Assembly: GCA_038320275.1 (NCBI GenBank)
Contig: JBBQEB010000085.1
Location: forward strand, 1-15,960
DNA: 15,960 nucleotides
Origin: Myxococcales bacterium
GTDB taxonomy: Bacteria > Myxococcota > Myxococcia > Myxococcales > Anaeromyxobacteraceae
Reading direction: 5' to 3'
Part shown: piece after piece, positions 6,917 through 15,623 of the stretch
How positions within the stretch are numbered: position 1 is the stretch's first letter
How the letters are laid out: each line of letters starts with the position of its first letter
Made by a program: the position numbers and the translations under genes
Notes under the pieces: generated by a model
The model's database searches: none
The model's input: the letters and a program-made list of their open reading frames with translations, nothing else
Told to the model about the DNA's origin: nothing

Positions 6917-7729
6917 TTACAGCTTGCGGTGCAGGAGGGCCGGCAGCTCGCGGCGCACCGCCGCGATGCGCTCGTGCCGCACCGGGGCGAGGCACACGCC
7001 CTCGCCGTCGGGACAGCGGGCGAGGACGACGCCCCAGGGGTCCACCACCATGGCGTTGCCGAAGGTGATGCGGCGCGGAGAGTGCTGCCCCACCTGCGCG
7101 GGCGCGAGCACGTATGCCTGGTTCTCGATGGCGCGGGCTCGCAGCAGCACCTCCCAGTGGTCCTTGCCGGTGTAGAGGGTGAACGCCGAGGGCACGCACA
7201 GGAGGTCGGCGGCCTCGCGGGAGAGAGCGCGGTAGAGCTCCGGGAAGCGCAGGTCGTAGCAGATGGAGAGCCCGATGCGTCCCAGCGCCGTCTCCGCCAC
7301 CACCGTGCGGTCCCCCGGCGCCACCGTCTCCGACTCGGCGTAGCGGGCACCGTCGGGGATGGACACGTCGAAGAGGTGGATCTTGCGGTAGGACGCGAGG
7401 AGGGCGCCGTCGTCGCCGAGGAGCGCGCTCGTGTTGGCCGTCTTGCCCGGGTCGCCGATCTTCTCGGCGATGGAGCCCGCCAGGATGAAGATCCGCCGTT
7501 CGCGCGCCACCTGCCGGAGCGCCGACAGGCTCGGACCCTCCAGCGGCTCCGCGCCGGCGATGCGGTCGGCCTCCGGGCCCATGAACGCCCAGTTCTCGGG
7601 CAGTCCTACCAGTCGCGCCCCTCGATCTGCCGCCTCTCCGAGCAGCCGGAGCGCCGCGTCGAGATTGGCTCGGCGGTCGGCGGTCGAGGTCATCTGCACC
7701 GCGGCGGCCAGATAGGTGCTCTCGCGCAT
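6917..7729 (-). CDS. Carbon-nitrogen hydrolase (Nit1/deaminated-glutathione amidase-like)
   Basis: E-K-C triad motifs LPENW, YRKIHLFD, ICYDLRFPE; also HWEVLLRARAIENQ. SD AGGGAG before ATG 7729. Confidence 0.92.
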   Translation of the reverse strand: MRESTYLAAAVQMTSTADRRANLDAALRLLGEAADRGARLVGLPENWAFMGPEADRIAGAEPLEGPSLSALRQVARERRIFILAGSIAEKIGDPGKTANTSALLGDDGALLASYRKIHLFDVSIPDGARYAESETVAPGDRTVVAETALGRIGLSICYDLRFPELYRALSREAADLLCVPSAFTLYTGKDHWEVLLRARAIENQAYVLAPAQVGQHSPRRITFGNAMVVDPWGVVLARCPDGEGVCLAPVRHERIAAVRRELPALLHRKL

Positions 7730-7770
7730 GTGCGCTCCCTTTCCCGAACCCGGATCCCGGGGACAGTGTG

Positions 7771-7776
7771 TAGAAT
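7771..7776 (+). promoter_or_regulatory. Candidate -10 element for the HTH regulator
   Basis: TAGAAT, rare in DNA this GC-rich, in the 60-nt divergent gap. No clear -35. Confidence 0.4.
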
Positions 7777-7789
7777 GGCGGGCCTTCAC

Positions 7790-8374
7790 ATGCGCGGCTT
7801 CTACACCACTCACGAAGCGGCCCGGCTTTTGGGCGTCTCGCTGCCCACCGTGGTGAACTGGATCAAGGCGCGGCGGCTGAAGGCCCACCGCACGCCGGGT
7901 GGGCACCGCCGCATCGGGCGCGAAGACCTCGCCACCTTCATGGTGCGCCAGGGCATCCCGGTACCGGAGGAGCTCACCGGTGCCGCGCCCGAGCGCCGCA
8001 AGGCGCTCGTGCTGGGGGAGGGCGGCCCGGCGCGCGAAGGGCTGGCGCGGCAACTGGCGGCGGCGGGGTACGCCGTGGAGCAGGCCTCGGCCGGGTTCGC
8101 CGCGGGCGCGGCCGCAGCGCGCTTCGAGCCCGATCTGGTCGTCCTCTCGGCGGGGGCGCCCGATGGCGGGGAGCTCCTCTCCGGGCTGCGCGCCGACCGC
8201 GAGCTGGGGGCCCTGCCGGTGCTGGCGGTGGGCCTCGCGGACTGGGAGGAGGCTCTCGCCGCGGCGGGTTGCGACGCCGTGCTGAAGCGGCCGCTCGCCG
8301 ACGGCGCGCTGGCCGAGGCGGCCGAGGCGCTCACCGAGCGCGGTGGCGCGGCGCGCCGACGCCGGTCGCGATAG
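7790..8374 (+). CDS. Excisionase/MerR-like HTH DNA-binding protein with degenerate receiver domain
   Basis: FYTTHEAARLLGVSLPTVVNWIKARRLKAHRTPGGHRRI (HTH_17-like), followed by a CheY-like pattern (ALVL...GYAV...EPDLVVL...LPVLAV...AGCDAVLKRP). Alternative start ATG 7775. Confidence 0.85.
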   Translation: MRGFYTTHEAARLLGVSLPTVVNWIKARRLKAHRTPGGHRRIGREDLATFMVRQGIPVPEELTGAAPERRKALVLGEGGPAREGLARQLAAAGYAVEQASAGFAAGAAAARFEPDLVVLSAGAPDGGELLSGLRADRELGALPVLAVGLADWEEALAAAGCDAVLKRPLADGALAEAAEALTERGGAARRRRSR

Positions 8375-8413
8375 CCTCTCCTCGGCAAGCTGTCACCGCA
8401 GCGCCCCTCGACC

Positions 8414-10102
8414 GTGCTCCACCTCGCCCACATCGCTGCCGTCTTCCTGGTCGTCCCGGCGCCAGCGCTCGGCACCGCTGCGCCCGCGCCGGCGCGCGCC
8501 GCCCCTCGCGTTCCCGCGGGCGAGGGCGCCGCGTCCGCTCGCGCCATCGGCCACTACCTGCGCGCCCGCCTGGCGCTGCAGGCGAACGATCTCCCGGCCG
8601 CGCTGCGCGAGCTCAGGCTTGCGCTGCCGCACGAGCCTTCGAGCCCCGTCCTCCGCACCACCTATGCCGAAGTGCTCGCGCGCTCGGGTGAGCTGCCGCA
8701 GGCCGAGCGTGAGGCGCGGGCGGCGGTGGCGCTGGGGCCGGCGGGATCGGCCGGGATCGATGCCCACCTCGTCCTCGGAAAGGTGCTGGCCGCACGAGGC
8801 CATCCCGCCGAGGCGCTGGTGGAGCTCGAGCTCGCATCCAGAGGCGAGCTCGAGCGGCTGCGCGCCCGGCGGGACGAGGCGCCGCCGGACACCGAGCCGT
8901 TCCGCACGGCCGCACGGCTCCGCGCCGAGGCGGGCGACGAGGAGCGCTCCATCGGCGTCTGGGAAGGGCTCGCCGAGCTCTATCCAGGGCTCGCCGCGGC
9001 TGGGCTTCGGGAGCTGGGCGCTGCCCGCGCCTCCCTGAGCCCGGGCTTCGCCGAGCGCTGTGCCCGGCGCGCCACTGCGCTCGCCCCCCGCGACGCAGAG
9101 GCCTGGAAGCTCCAGGCCCAGCTCGCCGAGGCGGCCAAGCGGGACGCGGACGCGCGCGCTGCCTGGCAGGGGGCGCTCGCTGCCGACCCCGACGACGCCG
9201 AGGCGCTCCTCGCGACGGGGAGGCTGGCGCTCCTTTCGGGCGATGAGCGCGGCGCCCGCGAGCTCTTCCGGCGCGTGCTCGCCGGGGGCGGCGACGAGTC
9301 CGCCTCGCGGGCGCGGGTGGCCTCGGCATGGCTGGAGGCCCGCCGCCCAGCCGAGGCGCTCCGGGTCCTGGGGAGCGGAGACGACCCGCGCCTCGACTAC
9401 CTGCGCGGGCTGGCGCTGGGCCAGGGGCGCAAGTGGCCCGAAGCGGCCGCTGCCTTCGCGCGCGTCCGGCCTTCGAGTGGGGAGCTCTTCACGCTCGCTC
9501 GCGCGAGCGAGGCGCAGGCCCTGTCGCGCTCCGGCCGCCATGGCGATGCGGTCGCCCGGCTGCGCGGGGCGCTCGCCGACCGCCCGGGGGACGAGACGCT
9601 CCTGTTCGCGCTGGCTGCGGTCGAGGAGCGGGCGGGGAACATCGAGGCGGCCGTGGCGCAGCTGCGCGCGCTCCTCGCCAGGAACCCGCGCCACGCCGAG
9701 GCGCTCAACTTCCTGGGCTACCTCTTCGCCGAGCGAGGGGAGCGGCTCGACGAGGCGCAGGCGCTGGTGGAGCGCGCGCTCGAGCTCGAGCCCCGGAACG
9801 GCGCCTTCCTCGACTCGCTGGGGTGGGTGCTCTTCAAGAAGGGGGACGCCGCGCGCGCGGCCTCCGTGCTGGAGCGCGCCGCCAAGCTCTCGGGGGGCGA
9901 CGCGACGGTGCTGGAGCACCTGGGGGACGCGTACCGGGAGGCGAGGCGGCCAGCGGACGCCGCAGCGGCCTACCGGAGCGCCCTCGCGACCCCGGCCACC
10001 TCGGAGGGCGCGGCCGAGCCCGCCCAGCGCGCGGCCCTCGAGCGCAAGCTGAGGGATCTGGGGGCGAGGGCGGCCCGCCCCGACACGTCCCTCGACAGGT
10101 GA
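8414..10102 (+). CDS. Exported tetratricopeptide-repeat protein
   Basis: N-terminal hydrophobic segment; many Ala/Leu helical repeats; C-terminal ALNFLGY...ALELEPRNGAFLDSLGWVLFKKG...EHLGDAY TPR block. Start codon uncertain. Confidence 0.85.
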   Translation: MLHLAHIAAVFLVVPAPALGTAAPAPARAAPRVPAGEGAASARAIGHYLRARLALQANDLPAALRELRLALPHEPSSPVLRTTYAEVLARSGELPQAEREARAAVALGPAGSAGIDAHLVLGKVLAARGHPAEALVELELASRGELERLRARRDEAPPDTEPFRTAARLRAEAGDEERSIGVWEGLAELYPGLAAAGLRELGAARASLSPGFAERCARRATALAPRDAEAWKLQAQLAEAAKRDADARAAWQGALAADPDDAEALLATGRLALLSGDERGARELFRRVLAGGGDESASRARVASAWLEARRPAEALRVLGSGDDPRLDYLRGLALGQGRKWPEAAAAFARVRPSSGELFTLARASEAQALSRSGRHGDAVARLRGALADRPGDETLLFALAAVEERAGNIEAAVAQLRALLARNPRHAEALNFLGYLFAERGERLDEAQALVERALELEPRNGAFLDSLGWVLFKKGDAARAASVLERAAKLSGGDATVLEHLGDAYREARRPADAAAAYRSALATPATSEGAAEPAQRAALERKLRDLGARAARPDTSLDR

Positions 10103-10121
10103 GGGGCCCGGCGGCTACCGT
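10092..10121 (+). promoter_or_regulatory. Candidate sigma70 promoter for the hydrolase (leaderless geometry)
   Basis: TCGACA-N18-TACCGT, then 7 nt to ATG 10129. No SD at normal spacing. Confidence 0.45.
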
Positions 10122-10128
10122 CCGCCCC

Positions 10129-10995
10129 ATGTCCCTGCCTACCTTCCCGTCGCGCTCCGAGGCCCAGCACGAGGAGGGCTTCCTCCACGCGAAGGACAAC
10201 CTCCGGCTTTACTGGCAGCGCTACACGCCTCCCACGCCGCGCGCCACGGTGGCCATCTTTCCCGGCGGAGGCGACCACTCCGGGCGGTACCCCGGCATCA
10301 CCGCGGCCCTGGTGCGGGCAGGGTTCCAGGTGGCGCTGGTCGACTTCCGCGGGCACGGGCAGTCGGACGGCCGGCGCTGGCACGTGGACAGCTTCGACGA
10401 CTACCTGGGCGACGTCGACACCTTCTTGGGACACGTCCGCAAGGGCGCTGGCGAGCGAAAGGTGTTCGTGGTGGGCCACAGCATGGGCGCGCTCATCGCG
10501 ACCACCTGGGCCTTCACGGCTCCGGCCGGCGCGGTGGCCGGCTTCGTGCTCTCCTCGCCTTACTTTCGGCTCAAGTTCCAGCCGCCACGCCTGAAGATCC
10601 TGGCAGCCCAGCTCATCGGGAAGGTCGTCCCGTGGGTGCCGCTCTCCACGGGCCTCAGGTACGAGGAGCTCACCACCGACGAGGAGCTGCAGCGCTGGAC
10701 CGAGGCCGATCCACTCTACGGCAAGGCCACCACGCCCCGCTGGCTCAACGAGTCGATGCGCGTCCAGGGCGACCTCATGAAGCGGGCGCCCTCGTTCACC
10801 GCGCCGCTGCTCGTGCTCGCCGCCGGCGGCGACGCCATCGCCGACCCGGTCGCGGAGCGCGCCTTCGTCGAGGCGGCCGGCTCCTCCGACAAGACCTTCG
10901 AGCTCTTCGAGGGCTTCAAGCACGAGATCTTCAATGAGCGCGAGCGCGACCGGCCCATCGCGGCCGCGGTGGCCTGGCTCACGGCGCGCAGTTGA
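10129..10995 (+). CDS. Alpha/beta hydrolase, lysophospholipase/monoacylglycerol lipase family (AgmH-like by gene context)
   Basis: DHSGRY, DFRGHGQSDG, nucleophile GHSMG, D(AIAD), HEIFNE. Confidence 0.92.
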   Translation: MSLPTFPSRSEAQHEEGFLHAKDNLRLYWQRYTPPTPRATVAIFPGGGDHSGRYPGITAALVRAGFQVALVDFRGHGQSDGRRWHVDSFDDYLGDVDTFLGHVRKGAGERKVFVVGHSMGALIATTWAFTAPAGAVAGFVLSSPYFRLKFQPPRLKILAAQLIGKVVPWVPLSTGLRYEELTTDEELQRWTEADPLYGKATTPRWLNESMRVQGDLMKRAPSFTAPLLVLAAGGDAIADPVAERAFVEAAGSSDKTFELFEGFKHEIFNERERDRPIAAAVAWLTARS

Positions 10996-11020
10996 CGCCC
11001 GGTGTCGCAGGGCTTATTCA
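10992..11020 (+). promoter_or_regulatory. Candidate sigma70 promoter for the bactofilin-padC-pyrE operon
   Basis: TTGACG-N17-TATTCA; SD AAAGGA before ATG 11063. Confidence 0.4.
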
Positions 11021-11062
11021 CGCCTCCTCGTTCCGCCTCGAAGAGCCAAAGGACCGCCGAAC

Positions 11063-11455
11063 ATGCCGACGAGCATCGAGAGAGCGCCCGGAGAGCGGGA
11101 CCGCGAGCGGGATCGCGACCGCGATGGGCCGCCGGCCACCACGGTCATCGGCCCGTCGTTCGTCGTCGATGGGGAGATCACCGGCGACGAGAGCCTGGTG
11201 GTCCACGGCACGGTGAAGGGCCGCATCTCCATCAAGGAGGGGCTGGTGGTCGAGAGCACCGGCGTGCTGGAGGCAGACGTCGAGGCCGCGACGCTCCACG
11301 TCGCGGGCCAGGTCACGGGCAACGTGGCGGCGAGCGAGAGGGTGGAGCTCCAGCAGGCCTCCAGGGTGATCGGCGACATCCGGTCCCCGCGCATCCTCAT
11401 CGCCGACGGCGCTGTGTTCAAGGGCACCGTCGACATGGACGTGAAGGACAGGTGA
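11063..11455 (+). CDS. bacO: Bactofilin (BacO-like)
   Basis: Beta-helix repeats TVIG...VDGEI...LVVHGTVKGRI...GQVTGNV-A...VIGDI-SPRILIADGAVFKG-VDM. The orthologue name is assigned from position upstream of the BacP-like gene. Confidence 0.85.
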   Translation: MPTSIERAPGERDRERDRDRDGPPATTVIGPSFVVDGEITGDESLVVHGTVKGRISIKEGLVVESTGVLEADVEAATLHVAGQVTGNVAASERVELQQASRVIGDIRSPRILIADGAVFKGTVDMDVKDR

Positions 11456-11457
11456 AC

Positions 11458-12057
11458 GTGGCCCACTCCGAAGAGAGCACCGTCATCGGCGAGTCGATCC
11501 TCGTCAGCGGAAACGTGCAGGGCGACGACGACCTCGTCGTCCGCGGTCGCATCGAGGGGACGGTGACGGTCTCCAAGGCCCTCGTCATCGAGGCGAGCGG
11601 CGTCGTCAAGGCGGAGGTCCAGGCCCAGAGCTGCGTCATCTCCGGAGCGCTGGTGGGCAACCTGGTCGCCAGCGAGGGCGTCGAGATCACGAAGGAAGGC
11701 CGCATGGTGGGCGACATCAGCGCGCCCCGCGTGGTCATCGTGGATGGCGCCACGTTCCAGGGCCGCATCGACATGGGCGAGCTGGACCTGGAGGAGGGTG
11801 AGCGTCCGGAGCGCGCCGAGCGCCCGGCGCTGGTCGCCCGCGCCCCGGCCCGGCCGCAGCTCCGGGCACCGCCGCCGCGCCAGCCCGGCATGTCGCCCCG
11901 CGGCTCCGCCTCCGCCGAGCAGAGCGTGGGACGGGCGGAGCGAGCCCGCGACGACGGCGACGAGGGCGAGGAGGGCGGTCCGTCGAGGCCGCCCGCGCCC
12001 CCGGTTCCGGTCGGCATGGGCAGCGTGAAGCGCAAGGTCATCGTGCGGCGGAAGTAG
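11458..12057 (+). CDS. bacP: Bactofilin with Pro/Arg-rich disordered tail (BacP-like)
   Basis: Bactofilin domain plus a ~90-aa disordered tail ending in basic VKRKVIVRRK. SD AAGGA; alternative GTG at 11452. Confidence 0.88.
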   Translation: MAHSEESTVIGESILVSGNVQGDDDLVVRGRIEGTVTVSKALVIEASGVVKAEVQAQSCVISGALVGNLVASEGVEITKEGRMVGDISAPRVVIVDGATFQGRIDMGELDLEEGERPERAERPALVARAPARPQLRAPPPRQPGMSPRGSASAEQSVGRAERARDDGDEGEEGGPSRPPAPPVPVGMGSVKRKVIVRRK

Positions 12058-12064
12058 CCGAACG

Positions 12065-12853
12065 GTGGCCGGCGAGAGCGAGCTGCGCACAGCGCCGCCG
12101 GCCCATGCCACAGGGGCGGTCGAGTTCGTCCTGGTGGACGAGCTCGCCGGCGACGAGACCTTCCGGCTCAGGCCGGACGGCGACGTTTCCGCGCTCGCGA
12201 CCAGCCTGGGGAGGCTGGGCCAGCTCGCGCCGGTGGAGCTCAGGCCCCTGCCAGGCGCCGGGTCGGACGGGCCGCGCTTCCAGCTCGTGAGCGGGTTCCG
12301 AAGGCTCGCGGCGGTGCGGCTCCTCGCGCGCGAGAGCGTCCTCGCACGGGTGCACGCGGAGCTCTCGGACGAGGACGCCTGGGCGCTCGCGCTCTCCGAC
12401 GCCCTCCTGCACGAGCCCTTCACCGAGGAGGAGCTGGAGGCCCTGCGCGGGCGGCTGCGCGCTTCCGGCACCGCGCCCTGGGCCGAGGAGCTGGTGGACG
12501 ACGCCATCGTGCGGGCGCCCCAGCCGCCGGAAGTCCGGGAGCGGTTCTACGATTTCCTGCAGGCCCGCGGAGGAGTGGCTCCTGCGCCCGCGCCGGTCGA
12601 GGACGACGTCGAGACCGGCGAGCGTTCCGCGACTGCCGAGCCCTCCCAGGCCGAGCCCGCCCGCGAGGAGATCATCGAGGTCACGCCCGAGGAGCTGGCC
12701 CGCGACCTGGCGTCGAGGCTGTCCGCCCTCAATCAGGACCTCGCGCTGGCGTGGGAGAGCTGGCGCGAGCTTCCCGAGGAGGACCGGCGGGAGATCGTCC
12801 TCGGCGCGCGCTACGTGGCGCGGCTCTTCCCCTTCCTGGCGGGCGAGCGATGA
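12065..12853 (+). CDS. padC: ParB/Srx N-terminal domain protein (PadC-like bactofilin-ParA adaptor)
   Basis: LATSLGRLGQLAPVEL...FQLVSGFRRLAAVRLL matches the ParB box I/II with GxRR. No obvious HTH. Directly downstream of bacP-like gene, as in Myxococcus bacNOP-padC. Confidence 0.8.
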   Translation: MAGESELRTAPPAHATGAVEFVLVDELAGDETFRLRPDGDVSALATSLGRLGQLAPVELRPLPGAGSDGPRFQLVSGFRRLAAVRLLARESVLARVHAELSDEDAWALALSDALLHEPFTEEELEALRGRLRASGTAPWAEELVDDAIVRAPQPPEVRERFYDFLQARGGVAPAPAPVEDDVETGERSATAEPSQAEPAREEIIEVTPEELARDLASRLSALNQDLALAWESWRELPEEDRREIVLGARYVARLFPFLAGER

Positions 12854-13407
12854 GCCTCGACGCCGATCGCGCCCGCCTCCTCGAGCTGCTCCGGACGCTC
12901 TCCTTCGAGCGCCGCAAGGTGACGCTTGCCTCCGGCAAGGAGAGCGACTTCTACATCGACTGCAAGCGCACGGCGCTCACGGCGGAGGGGCATGTGCTCA
13001 TCGGGCGCTGCCTCTTCGAGCGCGCGCGACGGGTACAGCCCGCCGTCTCCGGGGTGGGAGGGCTCACCCTGGGCGCCGACCCGCTCGCCTCCGCGGTGTC
13101 GCTCACGAGCTGGCTCCAGGGCCAGCCGTTGAACGCGTTCATCGTCCGCAAGGAGCCCAAGGGGCACGGCACGGGCATGTGGATCGAGGGGCGGGCCGCG
13201 CTTCCGGACGGCAGTCGCGTGCTCGTGCTGGAGGACGTCGTCACCACCGGGGGCAGCGCGCTGCGCGCCATCGAGCGCTGCCGCGCCGAGCGGCTCCTCG
13301 TGGCGGGGTGCCTCGCGCTCGTCGATCGCGAGGAAGGCGGGCGCGAGGCCATCGAAGGTTCCGGCGTGCCGGTCGAGTCGCTCTTCCGCCGGGGAGACTT
13401 CCTGTGA
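12850..13407 (+). CDS. pyrE: Orotate phosphoribosyltransferase
   Basis: TLASGKESDFYID, VRKEPKGHG, PRPP-binding VLVLEDVVTTGGS. ATGA overlap with padC. Confidence 0.95.
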   Translation: MSLDADRARLLELLRTLSFERRKVTLASGKESDFYIDCKRTALTAEGHVLIGRCLFERARRVQPAVSGVGGLTLGADPLASAVSLTSWLQGQPLNAFIVRKEPKGHGTGMWIEGRAALPDGSRVLVLEDVVTTGGSALRAIERCRAERLLVAGCLALVDREEGGREAIEGSGVPVESLFRRGDFL

Positions 13408-14009
13408 ACGTCCGCACGCTCGTCTCCCGCCGCGCGATGGCTTTCCTCGGGCTCTGCGCGCTCGGCTGCCTCCACGGCGAGCCGCGCCCGGGCCCGAACG
13501 ATGGCGCCTGGCCCGCCGCCCGCGACCGCTGGCACCGCCAGGCTACGCTTTACGACGGCCTCTCGGCGGAGGCGTTCGCGAAGGCCGTGTACCAGGCGCC
13601 GGAAGTGCGGGAGGCGCGGGTGGGGCGGGTGGCCGACTGGAAGGTGCTCTCCCCCGCCGAGCGGGAGAAGCTGCTCGCGGGGGAGCGCGCCGAGGGCGCC
13701 CGGGCCGACGAGTTCCTGCTCTCCTTCTTCAGCGTCACGCGCCCGGAGAACGACCTCGATACCCCCGGTTCCATCTGGCGGGTGGCGCTGGTGGTGCCGG
13801 GCGCGCCGGACCGCCTGCCCGAGCGCATCGAGGCCGTGAAGGCAGACGCCACCCTGAAGCAGCTCTACCCGAGCATCGGCGCCTTCGACGTGGTCTACCG
13901 GGTCCGCTTTCCCCGGGCCGGGGAGCCGCCGCTCGAGGGTGGCCCCTTCACGCTCAGGCTCGCGAGCGCCCGCGGACGGCTGGAGCTCGCGTGGGGCGAG
14001 GGGCGCTGA
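13404..14009 (+). CDS. Hypothetical lipoprotein
   Basis: GTGA overlap with pyrE; RR-hydrophobic-ALG|C lipobox; globular-looking mature region. Confidence 0.75.
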   Translation: MNVRTLVSRRAMAFLGLCALGCLHGEPRPGPNDGAWPAARDRWHRQATLYDGLSAEAFAKAVYQAPEVREARVGRVADWKVLSPAEREKLLAGERAEGARADEFLLSFFSVTRPENDLDTPGSIWRVALVVPGAPDRLPERIEAVKADATLKQLYPSIGAFDVVYRVRFPRAGEPPLEGGPFTLRLASARGRLELAWGEGR

Positions 14010-14015
14010 CCGCTC

Positions 14016-15623
14016 TTAGTCCAGGTCGCCGCGGGTGAGCACCGTGTCGTGGAGCTGGCGGTCGTCCGGCTTCGGGTAGTCGAGGATGTAGTGCAGCCCG
14101 CGCGACTCCTTGCGTCGGCGCGCGCACTCCACGATGAGCATCGCGACGTCCGCCAGGTTGCGCAGCTCCACCAGATCGGGCGTGATCTTGTACTGCCAGT
14201 AGTAATCGGTGATCTCGTGGCGCAGGAGCGCCAGCCGCGTGCGGGCGCGCTCGAGCCGTTTCACCGAGCGGACGATGCCCACATAGTTCCACATCAGGCG
14301 GCGCACCTCCTCCCAGTTGTGCGTGACCACCACGCCTTCGTCGGGATCGAGCGCGTCGCCAGGGTTCCAGTCGGGGACGGAGGGCGCGGGCCCGCCGTTC
14401 GCCGCGCGCAGGAGCTCCGCCGCGTGAACTGCTGCCCGCCGGCCGAAGACGAGCCCCTCCAGCAGCGAATTGGAGGCGAGCCGGTTTGCGCCGTGCAGGC
14501 CCGTGCAGGCGACCTCGCCCACCGCCAGGAGGTGCGGCACCGAGGTGGCGCCCACGAGGTCGGTGACGACGCCGCCGCACTGGTAGTGCGCTGCCGGGAC
14601 CACCGGGATCGGCTGCACCGCCATGTCGATGCCGAACTCCTTGCAGGTGGCGTAGATGTTGGGGAAGTGCTCGAGGAGGAAAGCCTTGGGCAGGTGCGTC
14701 ATGTCCAGGTAGGCGCAGTCGTCGCCGCGGCGCTTGATCTCGGCGTCGATGGAGCGCGCCACGATGTCGCGCGGCGCGAGCTCCTTGCGCTCGTCGTAGC
14801 GCGCCATGAAGGCGTCGCCCCCCGCGTTGCGCAGGATGCCGCCCTCGCCCCGCAGCGCCTCCGAGACGAGGAAGCTCTTGGCGGCGGGGTGGTAGAGGCA
14901 GGTGGGATGAAACTGGAAGAACTCCATGTTCGCCACCGAGGCTCCAGCCCGCCAGGCCATGGCGAGCCCATCGCCGGTCGCGACGTCCGGGTTCGAGGTG
15001 TACAGGTACACCTTGCCCGCCCCTCCCGTTGCGAGGACGGTCACCCCGGCCAGGAAGGTCGTCACCTCGCCCGTCGCGCGCTCCAGCACGTACGCCCCGA
15101 GCACGCGGTTGGGCCCTCCCAGCCCGAGCCGGCCGGACGCGAGCAGGTCCACCGCCACGGCGTTCTCCACCACCCGGATCCCGCGCGCGGCGCACTCGGC
15201 CAGGAGCGCCCGCTCCACCTCGCGCCCGGTGGTGTCCTTGGCGTGCGTCACCCGGCGCCGGGAGTGGCCTCCCTCGCGCGTCAGGTGAAGGTGGTCGCCC
15301 TCGCGGTCGAGCTCGACGCCGATCGACTGCAGCCAGCGGATGCGTTCCGGCCCTTCGCGCACCGTGACCTCGACCGCGTCCCTGTGGCAGAGCCCCGCGC
15401 CCGCCACCAGGGTGTCCTCGACGTGGCGCTCGAAATCGTCGTCCGGCCCCAGCACCGAGGCGATGCCTCCCTGCGCGTACTGGGTGGACCCCTCGCCCCG
15501 CTGTCGCTTGGTGAGCACCACCACCGTTCCGTGCCGGGCGGCCTCCAGCGCGAAGGAGAGCCCGCCCACGCCGCCCCCCAGGACGAGGAAGTCGGCCGTT
15601 TCACGCGCAGCAAGTGTTCCCAT
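14016..15623 (-). CDS. nadB: L-aspartate oxidase
   Basis: GGGVGG FAD motif, STQYAQGGIA, REGGHS-RR, ATGG, EFFQFHPT, SEALRGEG, AAHYQCGG, GLHGANRLASNSLLE, ESRGLHY. SD GAGGT. Confidence 0.96.
   Translation of the reverse strand: MGTLAARETADFLVLGGGVGGLSFALEAARHGTVVVLTKRQRGEGSTQYAQGGIASVLGPDDDFERHVEDTLVAGAGLCHRDAVEVTVREGPERIRWLQSIGVELDREGDHLHLTREGGHSRRRVTHAKDTTGREVERALLAECAARGIRVVENAVAVDLLASGRLGLGGPNRVLGAYVLERATGEVTTFLAGVTVLATGGAGKVYLYTSNPDVATGDGLAMAWRAGASVANMEFFQFHPTCLYHPAAKSFLVSEALRGEGGILRNAGGDAFMARYDERKELAPRDIVARSIDAEIKRRGDDCAYLDMTHLPKAFLLEHFPNIYATCKEFGIDMAVQPIPVVPAAHYQCGGVVTDLVGATSVPHLLAVGEVACTGLHGANRLASNSLLEGLVFGRRAAVHAAELLRAANGGPAPSVPDWNPGDALDPDEGVVVTHNWEEVRRLMWNYVGIVRSVKRLERARTRLALLRHEITDYYWQYKITPDLVELRNLADVAMLIVECARRRKESRGLHYILDYPKPDDRQLHDTVLTRGDLD

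Noticed and set aside
6083..7789. 763-aa ORF as a single large regulator
   Set aside because: The N-terminal part overlaps the beta-barrel gene and is antisense to the nitrilase-family gene; only the last ~195 aa are protein-like.
7790..7960. Excisionase as evidence of a prophage or ICE
   Set aside because: No integrase, att/tRNA or phage genes in the window; the HTH is fused to a receiver-like domain among housekeeping genes.
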